Source: a virus (taxonomy: Duplodnaviria > Caudoviricetes). Taken from it: a DNA stretch of 64,000 bases. The notes under the pieces were generated by a model that was not told the DNA's origin, searched no databases, and saw only the letters and a list, made by a program, of their open reading frames with translations. Made by a program: the position numbers and the translations under genes. Below, piece after piece: positions 20,123 to 29,448 of the stretch (positions are counted from its first letter, which is position 1; each line of letters starts with the position of its first letter). Location of the stretch: the IMG/VR virus record IMGVR_UViG_3300033066_000778, positions 32,001 to 96,000 of that record; one strand, 5' to 3'.

Positions 20123-20945
20123 TAGAGACAGCTTCTCCTCCAAGGTCAGGACGAAAAAATTCCGCCGTCATCGGTAGATCGGTCGTAATTTCCTTTCCGC
20201 AAATCTTGCAGTCAACATGGATATCTGTTTTGAGTCCAGGTGTTCTCTTATCAAATTGATTCTTTAAGAAAGAACAATCCTTTGCGGAAAGTCTGGAAAC
20301 CAATTCCATAGCAGTCATCATGTCTAATGCACGACCGTTTACACTTACAAGATGTTTTGCAATTCTATAAATGTAACCAGGATCACCATCGGTGTAATTG
20401 CCCTTCTTAATTTCCTTCTCAACGTAGTTCTTGATAACCTTCGTATCCTTACCTCTAAGTAATCTAAATTGAATAGCTAGTTTACTATCTGGTAAGGTTG
20501 TATAGAAAGGTTCAACCTCATTGTCAACAGGAGGGACAACTTCAAGATCACCGGGGATCTTAACTGTGTATTTTGCGGAGGATTCACAGGAAGGACAGGT
20601 AAGGTCAAACTTATAGTCCTCACCATAACTATTTGCCCTTAAAGCAAAAAGAAGGTAGAATCTATCAGTGACCAATAACTGTTCGGGGGTAATTTTGGTA
20701 ACAAGACAACGACTAAGAATAACATCAATTACGTCATCAACGTTATTACCCTTAATACCTGCGACGAGTTTTTCTTCTCGTGCGGACATGGGCTTAATTT
20801 CAAGTTGTCCGTTTTGAACTAACCCATCTTCATAGTAAAGGCCCTTGGACGGTAAGTCAACAAGGGCTGTGACGGGTTTAGGAATGAGTGAAATTAGCTC
20901 GTCTAATGAGATAACTTCATTTGTTTTTGTAGAGGATCTAGCCAT
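20106..20945 (-). CDS. Baseplate hub assembly chaperone (T4 gp26-like)
   Basis: VDLPSKG...IKPMSAREEKL...DRFYLLFALRANSYG...CPSC...CKIC...EFF; upstream of tape measure. Confidence 0.8.
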   Translation of the reverse strand: MARSSTKTNEVISLDELISLIPKPVTALVDLPSKGLYYEDGLVQNGQLEIKPMSAREEKLVAGIKGNNVDDVIDVILSRCLVTKITPEQLLVTDRFYLLFALRANSYGEDYKFDLTCPSCESSAKYTVKIPGDLEVVPPVDNEVEPFYTTLPDSKLAIQFRLLRGKDTKVIKNYVEKEIKKGNYTDGDPGYIYRIAKHLVSVNGRALDMMTAMELVSRLSAKDCSFLKNQFDKRTPGLKTDIHVDCKICGKEITTDLPMTAEFFRPDLGGEAVSNEDAA

Positions 20946-20975
20946 TTTGAATCTCCTATTCGAATAAATATAGTG

Positions 20976-20983
20976 TATTTATA
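20976..20983 (-). promoter_or_regulatory. Candidate T4-type late promoter (TATAAATA)
   Basis: Exact TATAAATA on the minus strand in an intergenic gap, 30 nt upstream of the gp26-like ATG; only one clear intergenic copy found. Confidence 0.4.
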
Positions 20984-21046
20984 CATAAAAAACAAGTTGT
21001 CGAAATTAGGAGATTTTCTCTACAAAACAAATCTTAGGGAATTAGC

Positions 21047-22930
21047 TTATTTCTTTTTTGGCTTTCCTGCTGTAGCTAAAGCGAAAGAAGCTAATTGGCT
21101 TGCGCCGGATCTACTTAATTTAGGACTTTCTTTTTCGGGTTTCGCTGAAGTTGGACCTACTACTGGTTTTGCTTGTTCATGAGAGGGTGCTTCACCAGCT
21201 TTTCTACTTAGGTCTGCACCGAGTAGTATCCGTCTAATGGAGTCTGGAGCCGAGGAACCCGGTGTGGGCCGGGCCAAACGAATATTCGTATTTGGTTCAT
21301 TTTGAACAGTACGAACAACGCCAGGAGCGGGAGGACTGGTATCAACACGACGTTCATCATCCTTACCGGCTACAGTAAATGAAGAATCGAATGCAGGTTT
21401 ATCTTCAGCAGTTGCTCCACCAAAATCTGCTATGAACTTAGTAGCATTTGGAGATAGTGCTGAAGCATGGAGTCCTGGGATCTTTGGAGCGGGTTGTCCG
21501 GACTTCGCCGCTAGTTCTGCTTTTGCTGCTAAAAGATCTGCCATTCTTTTACGAACAGGAATGGCCGCTGCCTGTTTGGCTTCGAAGTCTTGCTTTCTAC
21601 TTTCAAGCTCACTGGCTTTTTGTTCTTTTCTTTTCTGAGACTCCGCAGCGAGGTCAGCCTGCCTTTTAGTAAGATCTTCATAAGAAGGGCCAGAAGGCTT
21701 AGGAATTGGAGCTTCATACGTCGTTACTCTTGTTTTATGACCACCGATTGGTCTAGCACCTTGTTGTACGTTGCTCTCTGGAGGCTCTGCCTTCGAAGGT
21801 TTAAGATTTCTTATAACACCTTGAATACTTCTTGTCCGACCTATGTTATTGTCAACAGTAGCTCGTAGTGCTTCTTCTTTTGACGGTGTTGGTGTAGCTG
21901 CGATTGTTTTCGGTGCTGGTTTAGCACTTGGCATCGTTGGGGCGATACTTGGTGCTACAACAGAAGGTATTGGTGTAGTTAGACCAGATGTTGACAGTTT
22001 TTCAGGTGGTAGAGCATCGGTAACCGTACTAAACGTACCGGCTGTTCTGCCTTTTGGGCGTTCTGTCGGTGAAGCAGGAGCAGCGTTTGGACGTGGAGTA
22101 GGTGGTTCCTCAAACTTTGGCTTCTTCTCAGCACCGTTGTACCAAGGGTCATCCAACATAGGCGTTCCATCATCCCACGTTGGTCCAGCAATCTTAGATT
22201 TTAGTACAGGTTTCTCTTGCGCTGTTGCTTTACTTTGGCGACCGGCTTCTATAATTGCTCTAATTCCATGTGGGTTAATAGCACCGGCAAGAAACTTTCC
22301 ACGGTTACCAGCAAACATTCTTTCTAATGTTTCAGCCGGATGTTCTCCTTCTCTTTGTACTGCTTCGGCGGCTAACTGTGGGTTCTTACTTCCGATTCCT
22401 GCTCTGATATGGTCAATAAACTTTGACATATGTTCAGGAGACGAAAGCATGGTATGTACATCTTCTTGTGAAATTAAGTGCCCTACGTAACTATGAATTT
22501 TATCACGAAGTGCCGAAACAGTTCCAGCGATCGGATTTCTCTTCGTAAGTTCGTCGTACCTAGTTCCTACAAGATCTTTCTTACTAAGTTCCTTTTTAGT
22601 TGCGTCATCAGAAGAAGCTGTAATAGGTTCAGGTAGTGTATCATCTACCTCATATAGATTAAGAGAATTTTTTATAGCTTCTTTAAAAGAAAGTGAAAAC
22701 ATATTGATACCTTCATCCATATGAGTTTTTAAACCTAGTGCTTCTGCTCTTCGTCGGATATGTGCTGTAGCTGCTGCTTTATTCTTAGCGTGACCTCGTA
22801 GTCGTTCTGCGTTACGGAGATCCTTTTCGTTCTCGATAGGAAACGAACCATCACCCATTGCAGAACCTTTTTTAGCAAGTTTCTTTCTCTTTTTAGAAGA
22901 GAAGAATCTTTCTACGAGGTCAGTAGTCAT
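21047..22930 (-). CDS. Pro/Ala-rich hypothetical protein, candidate internal head protein
   Basis: Likely start is the ATG at 22930 (MTTD); N-terminal RKKLAKKGSAMGDGSFPIENEKDLRNA module recalled from phage head-associated proteins; long low-complexity C-terminus. Confidence 0.6.
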   Translation of the reverse strand: MTTDLVERFFSSKKRKKLAKKGSAMGDGSFPIENEKDLRNAERLRGHAKNKAAATAHIRRRAEALGLKTHMDEGINMFSLSFKEAIKNSLNLYEVDDTLPEPITASSDDATKKELSKKDLVGTRYDELTKRNPIAGTVSALRDKIHSYVGHLISQEDVHTMLSSPEHMSKFIDHIRAGIGSKNPQLAAEAVQREGEHPAETLERMFAGNRGKFLAGAINPHGIRAIIEAGRQSKATAQEKPVLKSKIAGPTWDDGTPMLDDPWYNGAEKKPKFEEPPTPRPNAAPASPTERPKGRTAGTFSTVTDALPPEKLSTSGLTTPIPSVVAPSIAPTMPSAKPAPKTIAATPTPSKEEALRATVDNNIGRTRSIQGVIRNLKPSKAEPPESNVQQGARPIGGHKTRVTTYEAPIPKPSGPSYEDLTKRQADLAAESQKRKEQKASELESRKQDFEAKQAAAIPVRKRMADLLAAKAELAAKSGQPAPKIPGLHASALSPNATKFIADFGGATAEDKPAFDSSFTVAGKDDERRVDTSPPAPGVVRTVQNEPNTNIRLARPTPGSSAPDSIRRILLGADLSRKAGEAPSHEQAKPVVGPTSAKPEKESPKLSRSGASQLASFALATAGKPKKK

Positions 22931-22934
22931 AGAA

Positions 22935-23447
22935 TTAAAGCTGCATCTCCCAACGGTCAACTTGAAGCGTTAGAGAGATCTTAACTTCCCCTTGGTCGGT
23001 TTCATAGGTAAGATCAGAGAAAGTCATTGAAGAAGGCCAAACACCCTTAGCAACAACCGCTCTCTTAATTTCACCCTTGGGGTCAACTAGCTGAATCGTT
23101 CCTTGCTTCTTATAATCAGAAGCATAACCAATCTTACCAGTAGCTGGATCATGTACCTGTTCCATCCACTTGTTAAGAACGCGAAGAGTTGGCTTATCAA
23201 CGAAGTCGCGAACTACGATGGAATTTGCACCGACGTGCGCTCCACCGGAAACCTTGACATCTTCGTTCATGTAGCGAAGGTGCATAACCGCTGTATTCAA
23301 AGCAGGCATCTGTACCTTTTCAACTGATAGACGAATAAGCTCAACATCGTCAATACCGGATAAGAGAAGTACCCAGTTAAATACTCTCTGGGGCTCAAAC
23401 CCACCACCAGCAGGAGCTAGGTGTGAAGCACTTGGACTATAGGCCAT
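22935..23447 (-). CDS. Tail tube protein (T4 gp19-like)
   Basis: FEPQRVFNW...WMEQVHDPATGKIGYASDYKKQGTIQLVDPKG...GVWP...LQVDRW. Confidence 0.9.
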   Translation of the reverse strand: MAYSPSASHLAPAGGGFEPQRVFNWVLLLSGIDDVELIRLSVEKVQMPALNTAVMHLRYMNEDVKVSGGAHVGANSIVVRDFVDKPTLRVLNKWMEQVHDPATGKIGYASDYKKQGTIQLVDPKGEIKRAVVAKGVWPSSMTFSDLTYETDQGEVKISLTLQVDRWEMQL

Positions 23448-23946
23448 TGTTAGTAATCTCCTTTTGTGCTGCCCATTCCATTAGTAGTGGGCAATAAATT
23501 TTGATGTTTTCTACCATTTCGTCATCAGTAAAACTGTCTTTTAGTTTGTTGATGAACTTATGGATTAGTCTTAAGTTCTCTTTTTTACTTGACCCACCAC
23601 GAGAGAGTGGTAAAATATGGTCGATTTCGATATTTAAACCAGGGACGAGGTCTAATCCACTTATTGCGCATTTTCCTCGTTGTTCATGCCAGAGTGCTAA
23701 AATGACCTTACTAAATTCCGATTTAGAGTAACCACATCGCCTTGATGTTCCTGCGTATGACATACTCCAATGTTTTAAGCACTTGTTTGTTACTCCTACT
23801 GGAGGTTCGTTACATCCCATACTCACTGTACATTTGTTTGCGTATATTTTTACTTGGCGCATCCTATTGAGTTTGGCTCTATATATTTTGTGGGGTATAC
23901 TGCCTGTTTTCTTCTTGGTTGACTTTTTCCGTGTGCGTTTTGTCAT
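23437..23946 (-). CDS. HNH homing endonuclease
   Basis: QRGKCAISG...IDHILPLSRGGSSKKENLRLIHKFINKLK. Confidence 0.85.
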   Translation of the reverse strand: MTKRTRKKSTKKKTGSIPHKIYRAKLNRMRQVKIYANKCTVSMGCNEPPVGVTNKCLKHWSMSYAGTSRRCGYSKSEFSKVILALWHEQRGKCAISGLDLVPGLNIEIDHILPLSRGGSSKKENLRLIHKFINKLKDSFTDDEMVENIKIYCPLLMEWAAQKEITNNGL

Positions 23947-24388
23947 CAGTAACTAAATCTTTTTTAGCTCTAGACTTCACCATAAATCTTATGGTTTCAA
24001 AGATCGTATCAATTGGATCATTAGCTCTACGGAATATAATCGGAGTTGTTAAAGGCTGTTTGGACTTAAGATCCTCAATGACTTTGGAGATCTCGTAGTT
24101 ATTAGCCGCGATGTATAAAATAGGCGTATTATCTGAGTAGTCAAGAGCTTCTTGTAATGAGATCTTGTTATTAGTCAGAATGATTACTGGTTCTTGTTCT
24201 AACTCAGCCATAAACTCTTGTTTAGTACCGGCTGTTAAAACATCGTACCCCAATTTCGACAAAAAGTAGATATACTTTGTTTTTGCCGAAAATGTAGACG
24301 GATCCTTTACTTGATTCTCTACTTTATGATACCCACGATCATCGGAGTACATAATTTTGTTTATTGACTTGTAATAAAGTATTTTCAT
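23879..24388 (-). CDS. Hypothetical protein
   Basis: 169-aa ORF between two HNH genes; no recognised motif. Confidence 0.55.
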   Translation of the reverse strand: MKILYYKSINKIMYSDDRGYHKVENQVKDPSTFSAKTKYIYFLSKLGYDVLTAGTKQEFMAELEQEPVIILTNNKISLQEALDYSDNTPILYIAANNYEISKVIEDLKSKQPLTTPIIFRRANDPIDTIFETIRFMVKSRAKKDLVTDDKTHTEKVNQEENRQYTPQNI

Positions 24389-24402
24389 ATAATTACTTGA
24401 TT

Positions 24403-25041
24403 TTAAGTTCCTTGAAAAAGGTATTCAATCTTTGGCGTTGCCCACTCTAAAAGCTTTGGAGCAAGTTCTACTATTTTATTAACCAACTCACCGTCTGTAC
24501 TATCTTTCTTAAAAAGGTTTACAGCGTAGTGTACAAAGCGAAGATTAGTAATTTCGTTTGTTCCACCTTTTGATACAGGTAGAATATGATCAATAGTTGC
24601 TGTGCTACCGGGTATTAGTGGTATACCAGTAATAGCACAGCAACCATTTTGTTTCTGCCATAGACTTAAAAGAGCACTTGTATCAAAATTTTCTTGTCTA
24701 TTTTTATTTTCTGAGTATTTACGCGCAATCGACCTAATCCAATGTTCTAAACAATACTTTGACTTACCCGCTTGCTCTTTTTTACAGTACAATGCTGCTA
24801 CACATTTACCCGAAGGTATTTTATTACGAAATTTTATCCACGATTCTTTTTGTACTTTTAAGTAATTAGCTCTTCGTTCTGGATCTGCATCTCTAAGAGC
24901 TACTGATTTTTTAGCTACCTCTCGTCTTTTAAGATATTGCTCATCAGTTAGTTTCATATACCTTTTCCTTGACTTTATAGCAACCTTATTAGTTGAGTAT
25001 TCTTCGCTTGTTTTGTCTACTGTGTAGCGTTTTTTGTCCAT
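24403..25041 (-). CDS. HNH homing endonuclease
   Basis: QNGCCAITG...IDHILPVSKGGTNEITNLRFVHYAVNLFK. Confidence 0.85.
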   Translation of the reverse strand: MDKKRYTVDKTSEEYSTNKVAIKSRKRYMKLTDEQYLKRREVAKKSVALRDADPERRANYLKVQKESWIKFRNKIPSGKCVAALYCKKEQAGKSKYCLEHWIRSIARKYSENKNRQENFDTSALLSLWQKQNGCCAITGIPLIPGSTATIDHILPVSKGGTNEITNLRFVHYAVNLFKKDSTDGELVNKIVELAPKLLEWATPKIEYLFQGT

Positions 25042-25064
25042 AAAACTATTGAATATTCAAGGGG

Positions 25065-27749
25065 TTAAAACACGAGTTCATCAAACGATGCCCCTTGAGC
25101 GGTTAGAACGAAGTTGACCTGTAGGAACTCAGCGGCTTTCGTTGGCTTGATGTAGATGATCGCAGACATTTCGTTACGATCAACTCTATCAGCGGTGTTA
25201 GTCGTAGAGTCACAACGGATCTTGAAGTCTACAACACCCCTACGGTCCTTAACAGCCTGTAGGAATGGTTCGGCGGTGTTTACAAAGTTCGTCCAGGTGA
25301 TAGCATCATCGGGCTCGAATAGAATGTATCGACCAGTCGTGGTGATAACCTTTTCAAGATAGAGTAGAAGCTTACGAACGTTTACACGGTCAAGAGCAGA
25401 TGGTTTGCGCTGTAGTGTCTTCTGTCCCCAAACGTTGATACCGTCACGAGCGAACGTAGCGATAACGTTTACGTTGTTTGAGTAGAGAAGATCCATTTCA
25501 CCACGGGTTGGGTTGTATTCAGCCTTGGTAGGTGTTACAAGCCGTCCACGGGTTAAACCAGCAGGAGCGATCCAGGGATCAGCAACCATATCAGTATAGG
25601 CGTAAACCTGAGCAATATGGCCTGATGGAGGAGTCCAAACCTTCTTCTTGTTTACAGGGTCGTAAACCTGTAGCCAAGGCCAGTAAAGAGCAGCGTAGGA
25701 GGAATTGAATGCCTGATGATCTCCAAGGAAGTCACCAGTTCCATTATTCCAGTCTACGATCTGTTGTGGGGTGTAACCGCGTGGAGGATCTACTAGACAC
25801 ATCGCGTCTCCACGACCTGTGCAGATGGAGGTCATCTCGTTGATTACAGAAGGATCAGAAACCCCTGGAACCGCGATTAGGTTGATATCGAGTTCCTCTG
25901 CGTTTGCGAAGAACTGTAGACCAGTCTTTTCTACTCCATTAGCGACGCCAATGAAGGTTGAAGGGTTGATCGTATTGGTTGGAGGCATTCCATTAGATCC
26001 ACCAGAAAGAGCATACTTAACACCAACAGCGGATGCCTTTGGCTGAGAAGTATTCTTAACTAGTGTATCACCAACGTAGTTGTTGGTAACCGTGATTCGT
26101 GCAGAAACGCCGTTAATTGCGTTTTCTACATAAGCGGGGTTAGGAATCGTACCATTGGGGTCAAGTGGATCTACAATTGTTTCAGGAGTCATTACAAGGT
26201 TCTTGTAGGACTCGACAAAGTATCCCTTTTCATAGACATTTAGGTTAAACGTTCCATTTACGTTGGAGATGATTTCGACACCAACAGCGTTACCCCAGGT
26301 TCCAGCTGAAGCAGCAGTAACATCGAGAGGAGCAGCTACAGTAGTCGTAGTGGTCTTTTGTGCAGGAACAGTTCCGAATACCGTGTAAACTCCGTTACCC
26401 GTACCAAGCGTTAGACCTTCGTAAGTTGAACCATTCTTTAGAGCAACTTTGAGGTATTCATTTCCACCAACAGTTACTTTAGATGCGTCTAACTCAGCTG
26501 AGAAACTAGCATTGTTATTTAACGCGGTAACTAAAGTGTCGATGGTAGCATAAGTACCAGCTGTTACTGTTGCTGAAAGAGGCGTTGACGTTCCATTAGA
26601 AAACTCAAGAAGATTGAACGTAAGCGTATCATTTGTAGCAGCTACGATTGTCATAGGAGCTTCAACAGATCCAACGACGTACTTGGCAGCTACAGGGCAA
26701 CCGAATATGGCTAACGTTGCGTCACGGGAAGCTGGGGTTCCAAGGGCAAGGTAGGTATTTGCAGAAGATGCCTTAAGAGCAATCTTAACCTGACCATTAC
26801 CAGATGCGCCATTGAATACCGAAGCAACAAGATTTGTTGAGAAACCGGAGATAGCATTGATTGCCGTAACAAGATCGTCAACCGACGCGTAAACAGCAGG
26901 AGCTACAGTAAACTCAGTTGGAGACGCGAGGGCTGGTGTGGTTCCCATGATAACAGCGAACCTATCACTAACACTGTCTGTTATTGTAATCGTAGAACCA
27001 ATGTTTGATCCGAGAATGTAAGCATACTCAGAAATCGTTCCCGTTCCGAAAACAACAGGTGTTACGCCAAGGCTTCCAAGGCGAGTAAAACCAAATACGT
27101 TTTGGGAGATAGCCGTTCCGCCAAGTTGGATACTATGTGAGGATCCAACCTGCTTACCCGTGATCTTCAAGCTTCCTGTTGAAGAAGCAGAAGCAGTAAG
27201 GTAAGTAGCAAATGCTGGTGTTGAATTTAGTGCAGAAACAACGTCAGGAACTGACCGTACGACAGATCCACTGATTGGAAGTGTGAACGTAAGGTCGTAT
27301 CCAGGTAGAGATCCATCAACAATGATCTTTAGTACGTTATTTGAAGACGTGAACGTAATAAGAGAGTTGACTGTTCCTGTCATTGTTGGAGCAGTGGAAT
27401 CCTCATTAAGAGAAGTCGCTGCATATTTCGCTGCGTACTTTTCAGTAATTGGATCCGTTAGTGGATCATAAAGTGGATCAAGCTCTGCTACGCGAACGAA
27501 GTAAAGCTGACGACCAGTATGAAGATACTGAAGGGCTGAATAAACAGCGGGAAGAGGAGCAACGTCTGGATCAGTTGGATCACCAAAAGTTGACGCAAAC
27601 TGAACAGGATTCGTTACGTAGGTAGGTTCGTTAAGTGGTCCTCTTGAGGCAAAACCAACGATACCTAACGCAGTCGTAGAGAGGTTTGGCACGTAGAGAC
27701 TTAGATCAGTCTCTAAAGAGAATACTCCTGGTGAGAGATAGACAGACAT
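25065..27749 (-). CDS. Contractile tail sheath protein (T4 gp18-like) with large insertion
   Basis: YLSPGVFSLETDLS, PPSGHIA, WIAPAGLTRG, VWGQKTL...DRVNVRKL, IKPTKAAEF. Confidence 0.95.
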   Translation of the reverse strand: MSVYLSPGVFSLETDLSLYVPNLSTTALGIVGFASRGPLNEPTYVTNPVQFASTFGDPTDPDVAPLPAVYSALQYLHTGRQLYFVRVAELDPLYDPLTDPITEKYAAKYAATSLNEDSTAPTMTGTVNSLITFTSSNNVLKIIVDGSLPGYDLTFTLPISGSVVRSVPDVVSALNSTPAFATYLTASASSTGSLKITGKQVGSSHSIQLGGTAISQNVFGFTRLGSLGVTPVVFGTGTISEYAYILGSNIGSTITITDSVSDRFAVIMGTTPALASPTEFTVAPAVYASVDDLVTAINAISGFSTNLVASVFNGASGNGQVKIALKASSANTYLALGTPASRDATLAIFGCPVAAKYVVGSVEAPMTIVAATNDTLTFNLLEFSNGTSTPLSATVTAGTYATIDTLVTALNNNASFSAELDASKVTVGGNEYLKVALKNGSTYEGLTLGTGNGVYTVFGTVPAQKTTTTTVAAPLDVTAASAGTWGNAVGVEIISNVNGTFNLNVYEKGYFVESYKNLVMTPETIVDPLDPNGTIPNPAYVENAINGVSARITVTNNYVGDTLVKNTSQPKASAVGVKYALSGGSNGMPPTNTINPSTFIGVANGVEKTGLQFFANAEELDINLIAVPGVSDPSVINEMTSICTGRGDAMCLVDPPRGYTPQQIVDWNNGTGDFLGDHQAFNSSYAALYWPWLQVYDPVNKKKVWTPPSGHIAQVYAYTDMVADPWIAPAGLTRGRLVTPTKAEYNPTRGEMDLLYSNNVNVIATFARDGINVWGQKTLQRKPSALDRVNVRKLLLYLEKVITTTGRYILFEPDDAITWTNFVNTAEPFLQAVKDRRGVVDFKIRCDSTTNTADRVDRNEMSAIIYIKPTKAAEFLQVNFVLTAQGASFDELVF

Positions 27750-28045
27750 TAAATTTTCTCCTTTTTGAATTTCTTCGTCTTCTTGTAAGCTTCTCTACTG
27801 TCTTCAATAATTGGCTTCGGCTTCTCATAAGAGACAGTAACTATTGGAGGTAGAGCAGTAGCAGCTATTTCTTTTAAGAAACCATTTTTTAGTTTTGTCG
27901 TTACATCCCCTGTATACTGCCAGGAGTACACTTCGTAAGTTTCAAGTGGACGAAGTTCCACTGTAAAATTAGACACTTTATCTACGGTCTTAAAGTTAAC
28001 CGATAAAGTATTCTTTGTAATGTTCTGTAGTGTTAAACTTACCAT
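27749..28045 (-). CDS. Hypothetical protein
   Basis: 98-aa ORF, TAATG-coupled on both sides. Confidence 0.6.
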   Translation of the reverse strand: MVSLTLQNITKNTLSVNFKTVDKVSNFTVELRPLETYEVYSWQYTGDVTTKLKNGFLKEIAATALPPIVTVSYEKPKPIIEDSREAYKKTKKFKKEKI

Positions 28046-28614
28046 TACTTGATTCCAAATTCCTCTTCAATACTTAGCATTGCTTCCGTATACGTTCGAT
28101 TCATCCCTGGTCTGTAAGTAGATGCGTCTGGTGCCTTCTCTACCTTTTTTGCCTTGGCGACTTCTCCTAATGGGCTTCTGCTCTGTGATGATTGTGAGGT
28201 TGCAGTTGTTTTTTTGGTCTTATCTTCTTTGGACTTAGGTGCTTCTTCGGCTTGTCTAACAGGAGTTGAGGGAGGGTTTCCAGAGGGGGCACCAGACGGT
28301 ATGTTCTGTGGTACATTTGTTTGACTCGGGGCTAAGCCACCAATGAGTCCACCAAGTGTTTCTGTAATGTAAGTATCAGGATTAAATTCTTCTTCGGCTT
28401 CGTTTGCCTTAGACGTTTGAGAAGGACGTGAACCCTTATTTAAAGAAGACTGGGTTCTGAGTCCAATACCATAATATCCGGCTCGCTGGTCAGCAGCATG
28501 TATCGCGGCCTGTTCCGCCTCCGCGTCAGACATGCCAGGATTATTAGCGATGTATTGTTGCTTTAGTTGTAAGATAAGTGCATCTTTTTCAGCAACAGAT
28601 GAAATTCGTGGCAT
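28045..28614 (-). CDS. Hypothetical low-complexity protein, candidate internal head protein
   Basis: 189 aa, Ser/Pro/Lys-rich, with YITE and YTE sites resembling gp21 cleavage motifs. Confidence 0.55.
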   Translation of the reverse strand: MPRISSVAEKDALILQLKQQYIANNPGMSDAEAEQAAIHAADQRAGYYGIGLRTQSSLNKGSRPSQTSKANEAEEEFNPDTYITETLGGLIGGLAPSQTNVPQNIPSGAPSGNPPSTPVRQAEEAPKSKEDKTKKTTATSQSSQSRSPLGEVAKAKKVEKAPDASTYRPGMNRTYTEAMLSIEEEFGIK

Positions 28615-28689
28615 CGTAAAAACTCCATAGTATATTTACATTTAGTTTGAAATTTACCCTAAAATATTTGAAGTTTCAAATATAGTATT

Positions 28690-29448
28690 TTATGGGTTTT
28701 GATCTTCTTTATCTTCTTCGATCTTTTCGAATACGAAGTCCCATTCATTAGTTGGTAAGACTGCCGTAGGAGATGGGAAATCAGCCCCAGGTTGGTTTAC
28801 ATAACCACCAAGAACTAGTTTCTTTACGGTTGGGAAGACGGTTGCCTCGGGGATTACCCAAGCGTCTAGATTAAAGGTAAAAGCCATACGAACTGTACGA
28901 TCTTTATCTCTTGGCTCATACTCAGTTAAATTTGACGGTCCATTGTGTAACATTGCAAGGGAAACGTATTTCTTTCCCCAAACGCCTTTAAAATCAATTG
29001 GAAGCCAAACCTCGTGGTCAATGAACTTAAGTAAGATTGTTCTTACTATCTGGTTCATCGTCGTACGGTACTTGGTCCAGCAGTCTAACTGGTACATAAT
29101 ACTAACAGGTAGTGGCTGACGAGATTGAAATACTCCGTTCCCATCCTCAGTCCAACCGAGCTTCCTATAGTGATGCTTTGTCCAACGACTCGTATCAACA
29201 GACCAGTCTAACTGTGTTAGTGCCAACGCAGGTAGTTTAACTATTTGATTTTCTCTTGTGGTGAACTCTTCGTTGGTTGGCGACAGGTTTTCTTGTGTAC
29301 CTAAGTTTAATACAGGAGGGCCTGTAACAGGAATAAGCGTTTCAAAAAAAGTTGTATTGTTAGGATCAGGAAACACGTTTATTGTGAAGAACTTTTTTAG
29401 TTCCTCATCAAACTCGTAAAAACCTATTGGAGAAGGAAGGTCTTGCAT
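28690..29448 (-). CDS. Tail terminator / sheath stabiliser (T4 gp15-like)
   Basis: KLPALAL...PLPVSIMYQLDCWTKY..MNQIV..IL...RTVRMAFTFNLDAW; upstream of sheath. Confidence 0.75.
   Translation of the reverse strand: MQDLPSPIGFYEFDEELKKFFTINVFPDPNNTTFFETLIPVTGPPVLNLGTQENLSPTNEEFTTRENQIVKLPALALTQLDWSVDTSRWTKHHYRKLGWTEDGNGVFQSRQPLPVSIMYQLDCWTKYRTTMNQIVRTILLKFIDHEVWLPIDFKGVWGKKYVSLAMLHNGPSNLTEYEPRDKDRTVRMAFTFNLDAWVIPEATVFPTVKKLVLGGYVNQPGADFPSPTAVLPTNEWDFVFEKIEEDKEDQNP

Noticed and set aside
22931-22960. TTG start for the 637-aa ORF
   Set aside because: It overlaps the tube gene; the ATG at 22930, 4 nt after the tube stop, is more plausible.
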